NCBI GenBank assembly: GCA_947311825.1
Contig: CAMZLY010000041.1
Location: 2,184-66,183 of the forward strand
Length of the DNA: 64,000 nucleotides
Origin: an uncultured bacterium
GTDB taxonomy: Bacteria > Verrucomicrobiota > Kiritimatiellia > UBA8416 > CAMZLY01
Direction: 5' to 3'
The notes under the pieces are model-generated. The model worked only from the letters and a program-made list of their open reading frames with translations. It was not told the origin of the DNA and made no database searches. Shown in pieces: positions 62,150 to 64,000 of this stretch. Within the stretch, counting starts at the first letter, position 1, and each line of letters starts with the position of its first letter. The position numbers and the translations under genes are program-made.

Positions 62150-63490
62150 TTATTGATAAGTTGCAATGCCGTCAGTATCAGGGAGTTCAAGTATCTTTTG
62201 TGATTCAATGGCGGTGAAGGTTTCTACATTTTTTAGTTTTTTTTCCATGACGTTTGTTCTGGTTGTTTGTAGTGTTTCTAGCGTGCCAGATGCCGTGGTT
62301 AACTGTTTTTGTGCTTTTGCTAATACGGCAGAAAATTCACCGAATTCATGTTTTACTGCTTTTAGTATATCCCATACTTCGCTACTGCGTTTTTGAACGG
62401 CAAGAGTTCTGAATCCCATTTGTAGGCTGCTTAGTAGTGCTGAAAGCGTTGTGGGGCCGGTAACGGTTATTTTATATTTTCTTTGTAAGGTTTCAAATAG
62501 TGCTGGGTTGCGCAGTACTTCTGCATATAAACTTTCAACAGGGAGGAACATTATGCCGAAGTCGGTTGTATGTGGTGGATCGATATATTTTTCGCTGATA
62601 GTTTTTGCGAATCCTTCAATATTTTTTTGTAATATTTTTTGGGCTGATTCAACCTCTTTTTTATCACCACGCTCAAAGGCATCAAGCAGTTCGTTATAGC
62701 TTTCTATTGGAAACTTTGAGTCGATTGGCATCCATACCTCTTTGTCTGAGTCTTTGCCGGGGAGTTTGATGGCAAATTCTACATTTGCCTGACTGCCCAT
62801 CTTTGTTGCAACATTTTTGCCATATTGATCAGGGGTAAGTATCTGTTCTAGAATATTTTCCAACTGATACTCTCCGAGTACACCGCGGGTTTTTACGTTG
62901 GATAGAACTTTTTTTAAGTCACCAACACCGGTAGCTATATTTTGCATTTCGCCTAGACCTTTATGTACCTGTTCAAGGCGCTCGCTTACTTGCTTGAATG
63001 ATTCACCAAGACGTTTTTCAAGAGTTGTCTGTAATTTTTCATCCACAGTTTTTCGCATTTCGTTGAGTTGTTGGGTATTATCTTCTCTTATTGCTTTTAG
63101 ATTTTTTTCGATGGTGGTCTCCACACCTTTTATGTTTTCAGTTGTTAGTTTGTTGATTTCCGTTTGTTGTTTACTGAAATCGCCGAATCTCTGTCGTATA
63201 AGCTCGTCTGATTCTTTTACGCTTTTTGAAAACTGAGTTTCAAATGAATCTAGGGATTTGGTTAACTCTTCTCGACTGCCTTTTGCGATTTCGTTAGTTT
63301 CCGTGCGGTTACGTTGGAATTCATCTTTAATTGATGTTTCGGTGCGGTTTAAGGTAGTGTCAAATTTCAGGATAGATGTTTCGATCTCTTTTAGATGTGG
63401 TTTAATGTCCACGGATGTTTTCTTTTTTATGGTTATTATTATATTGATGATGATAAGAAAAATTAATATTGATAATAAGGCTGTTGCCAT
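62150..63490 (-). CDS. rmuC: DNA recombination protein RmuC
   Basis: N-terminal TM, long coiled-coil, and a C-terminal RmuC nuclease-like domain; 446 aa. Confidence 0.85.
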   Translation of the reverse strand: MATALLSILIFLIIINIIITIKKKTSVDIKPHLKEIETSILKFDTTLNRTETSIKDEFQRNRTETNEIAKGSREELTKSLDSFETQFSKSVKESDELIRQRFGDFSKQQTEINKLTTENIKGVETTIEKNLKAIREDNTQQLNEMRKTVDEKLQTTLEKRLGESFKQVSERLEQVHKGLGEMQNIATGVGDLKKVLSNVKTRGVLGEYQLENILEQILTPDQYGKNVATKMGSQANVEFAIKLPGKDSDKEVWMPIDSKFPIESYNELLDAFERGDKKEVESAQKILQKNIEGFAKTISEKYIDPPHTTDFGIMFLPVESLYAEVLRNPALFETLQRKYKITVTGPTTLSALLSSLQMGFRTLAVQKRSSEVWDILKAVKHEFGEFSAVLAKAQKQLTTASGTLETLQTTRTNVMEKKLKNVETFTAIESQKILELPDTDGIATYQ

Positions 63491-63500
63491 CTGTTTATTC

Positions 63501-63998
63501 CTATTTTTTATTCGTTCTTTTATTTGTGCATTCGTGGCAATTTTTATTTTTTGTGTTTCTTCGTGTTTTAAAAAAGTTTTGGAGCATTTCTTTACATTCG
63601 TATTCTAAAACTCCGCCTATAGCTTTACTTTTGTGGTTTAGGTTTTGTTGATCTAGTAGGTTGAAGGCTGAGATACCACCTCTTAGAGGATCACTGACTC
63701 CGTATACTACAATGGGGATACGTGCAAGAACAATTGCTCCGGCACACATACTGCATGGTTCTTTTGTTACGTATAAAATTGTATTTAGTAGTCGCCAATT
63801 ATCTAGGGCGGAAGCTGCCTGTGTTATGGCGATCATTTCGGCATGGGCTGTCGGGTCTTTTAGTAGCTCTGTCTGATTATGGGCAGAGGCTATTAGGCGT
63901 GGTGGATCCTGTTGTTCTTTATTTCCCATTGATATTATTACGCAACCGGTGGGGACTTCTCCTGCATCGGCTGCCTTTTGTGCTTGGCGTAGTGCCAT
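63501..63998 (-). CDS. tadA: tRNA adenosine(34) deaminase TadA (start at or just beyond the window edge)
   Basis: HAE ... PCxMC zinc-deaminase motifs (TAHAEMIAI, EPCSMCAGAI). C-terminal basic tail. Confidence 0.85.
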   Translation of the reverse strand: MALRQAQKAADAGEVPTGCVIISMGNKEQQDPPRLIASAHNQTELLKDPTAHAEMIAITQAASALDNWRLLNTILYVTKEPCSMCAGAIVLARIPIVVYGVSDPLRGGISAFNLLDQQNLNHKSKAIGGVLEYECKEMLQNFFKTRRNTKNKNCHECTNKRTNKK

Positions 63999-64000
63999 GC

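Overview
This window is a low-to-moderate GC (about 42-45%) bacterial chromosomal segment. Its centre (about 25.2-55.9 kb) is one giant plus-strand ribosomal/transcription super-cluster: tRNA-Thr, tuf, rpmG, tRNA-Trp, secE, nusG, rplKAJL, rpoBC, rpsL, rpsG, fusA, then the complete S10-spc-alpha block (rpsJ through rplQ, including secY, map and rpmJ). L30, infA and adk are absent from this cluster. Several genes in it use TTG or GTG starts (rpoC, rpsC, rpsN, rpsE). Upstream (0-25 kb) are housekeeping genes (mnmA, pyrH, frr, trxA, murG, nadB, an aconitase-family hydratase, a fused LplT-Aas, phosphoesterases) interleaved with accessory-looking stretches. Downstream (56-64 kb) are a carbamoyltransferase-DUF5989-SxtJ trio, a DtxR-feoABC iron-uptake operon, rmuC and tadA (cut by the window end). 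The most unusual content is non-coding. There are at least four families of short dispersed or inverted repeats (MITE-like elements with 29-30 bp terminal inverted repeats, a palindromic hairpin array, and a repeat overlapping a gene 3' end). One family has the core AGTTTTGCAAGnnCCTC and recurs in five intergenic sites, mostly oriented toward the downstream gene. Other notable items are a lysine-rich, internally repetitive tail-anchored protein just upstream of trxA, and a truncated PD-(D/E)XK-like gene abutting a repeat end. The ribosomal cluster also carries lineage-specific oddities: a divergent EF-Tu switch I, an S11 N-terminal extension, an L24 C-terminal Cys4 motif, and a (CGT)6 repeat in rpoB. 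No CRISPR array, rRNA or intact transposase gene was found. All functional calls are from motif-level reading of the translations, with no database search.
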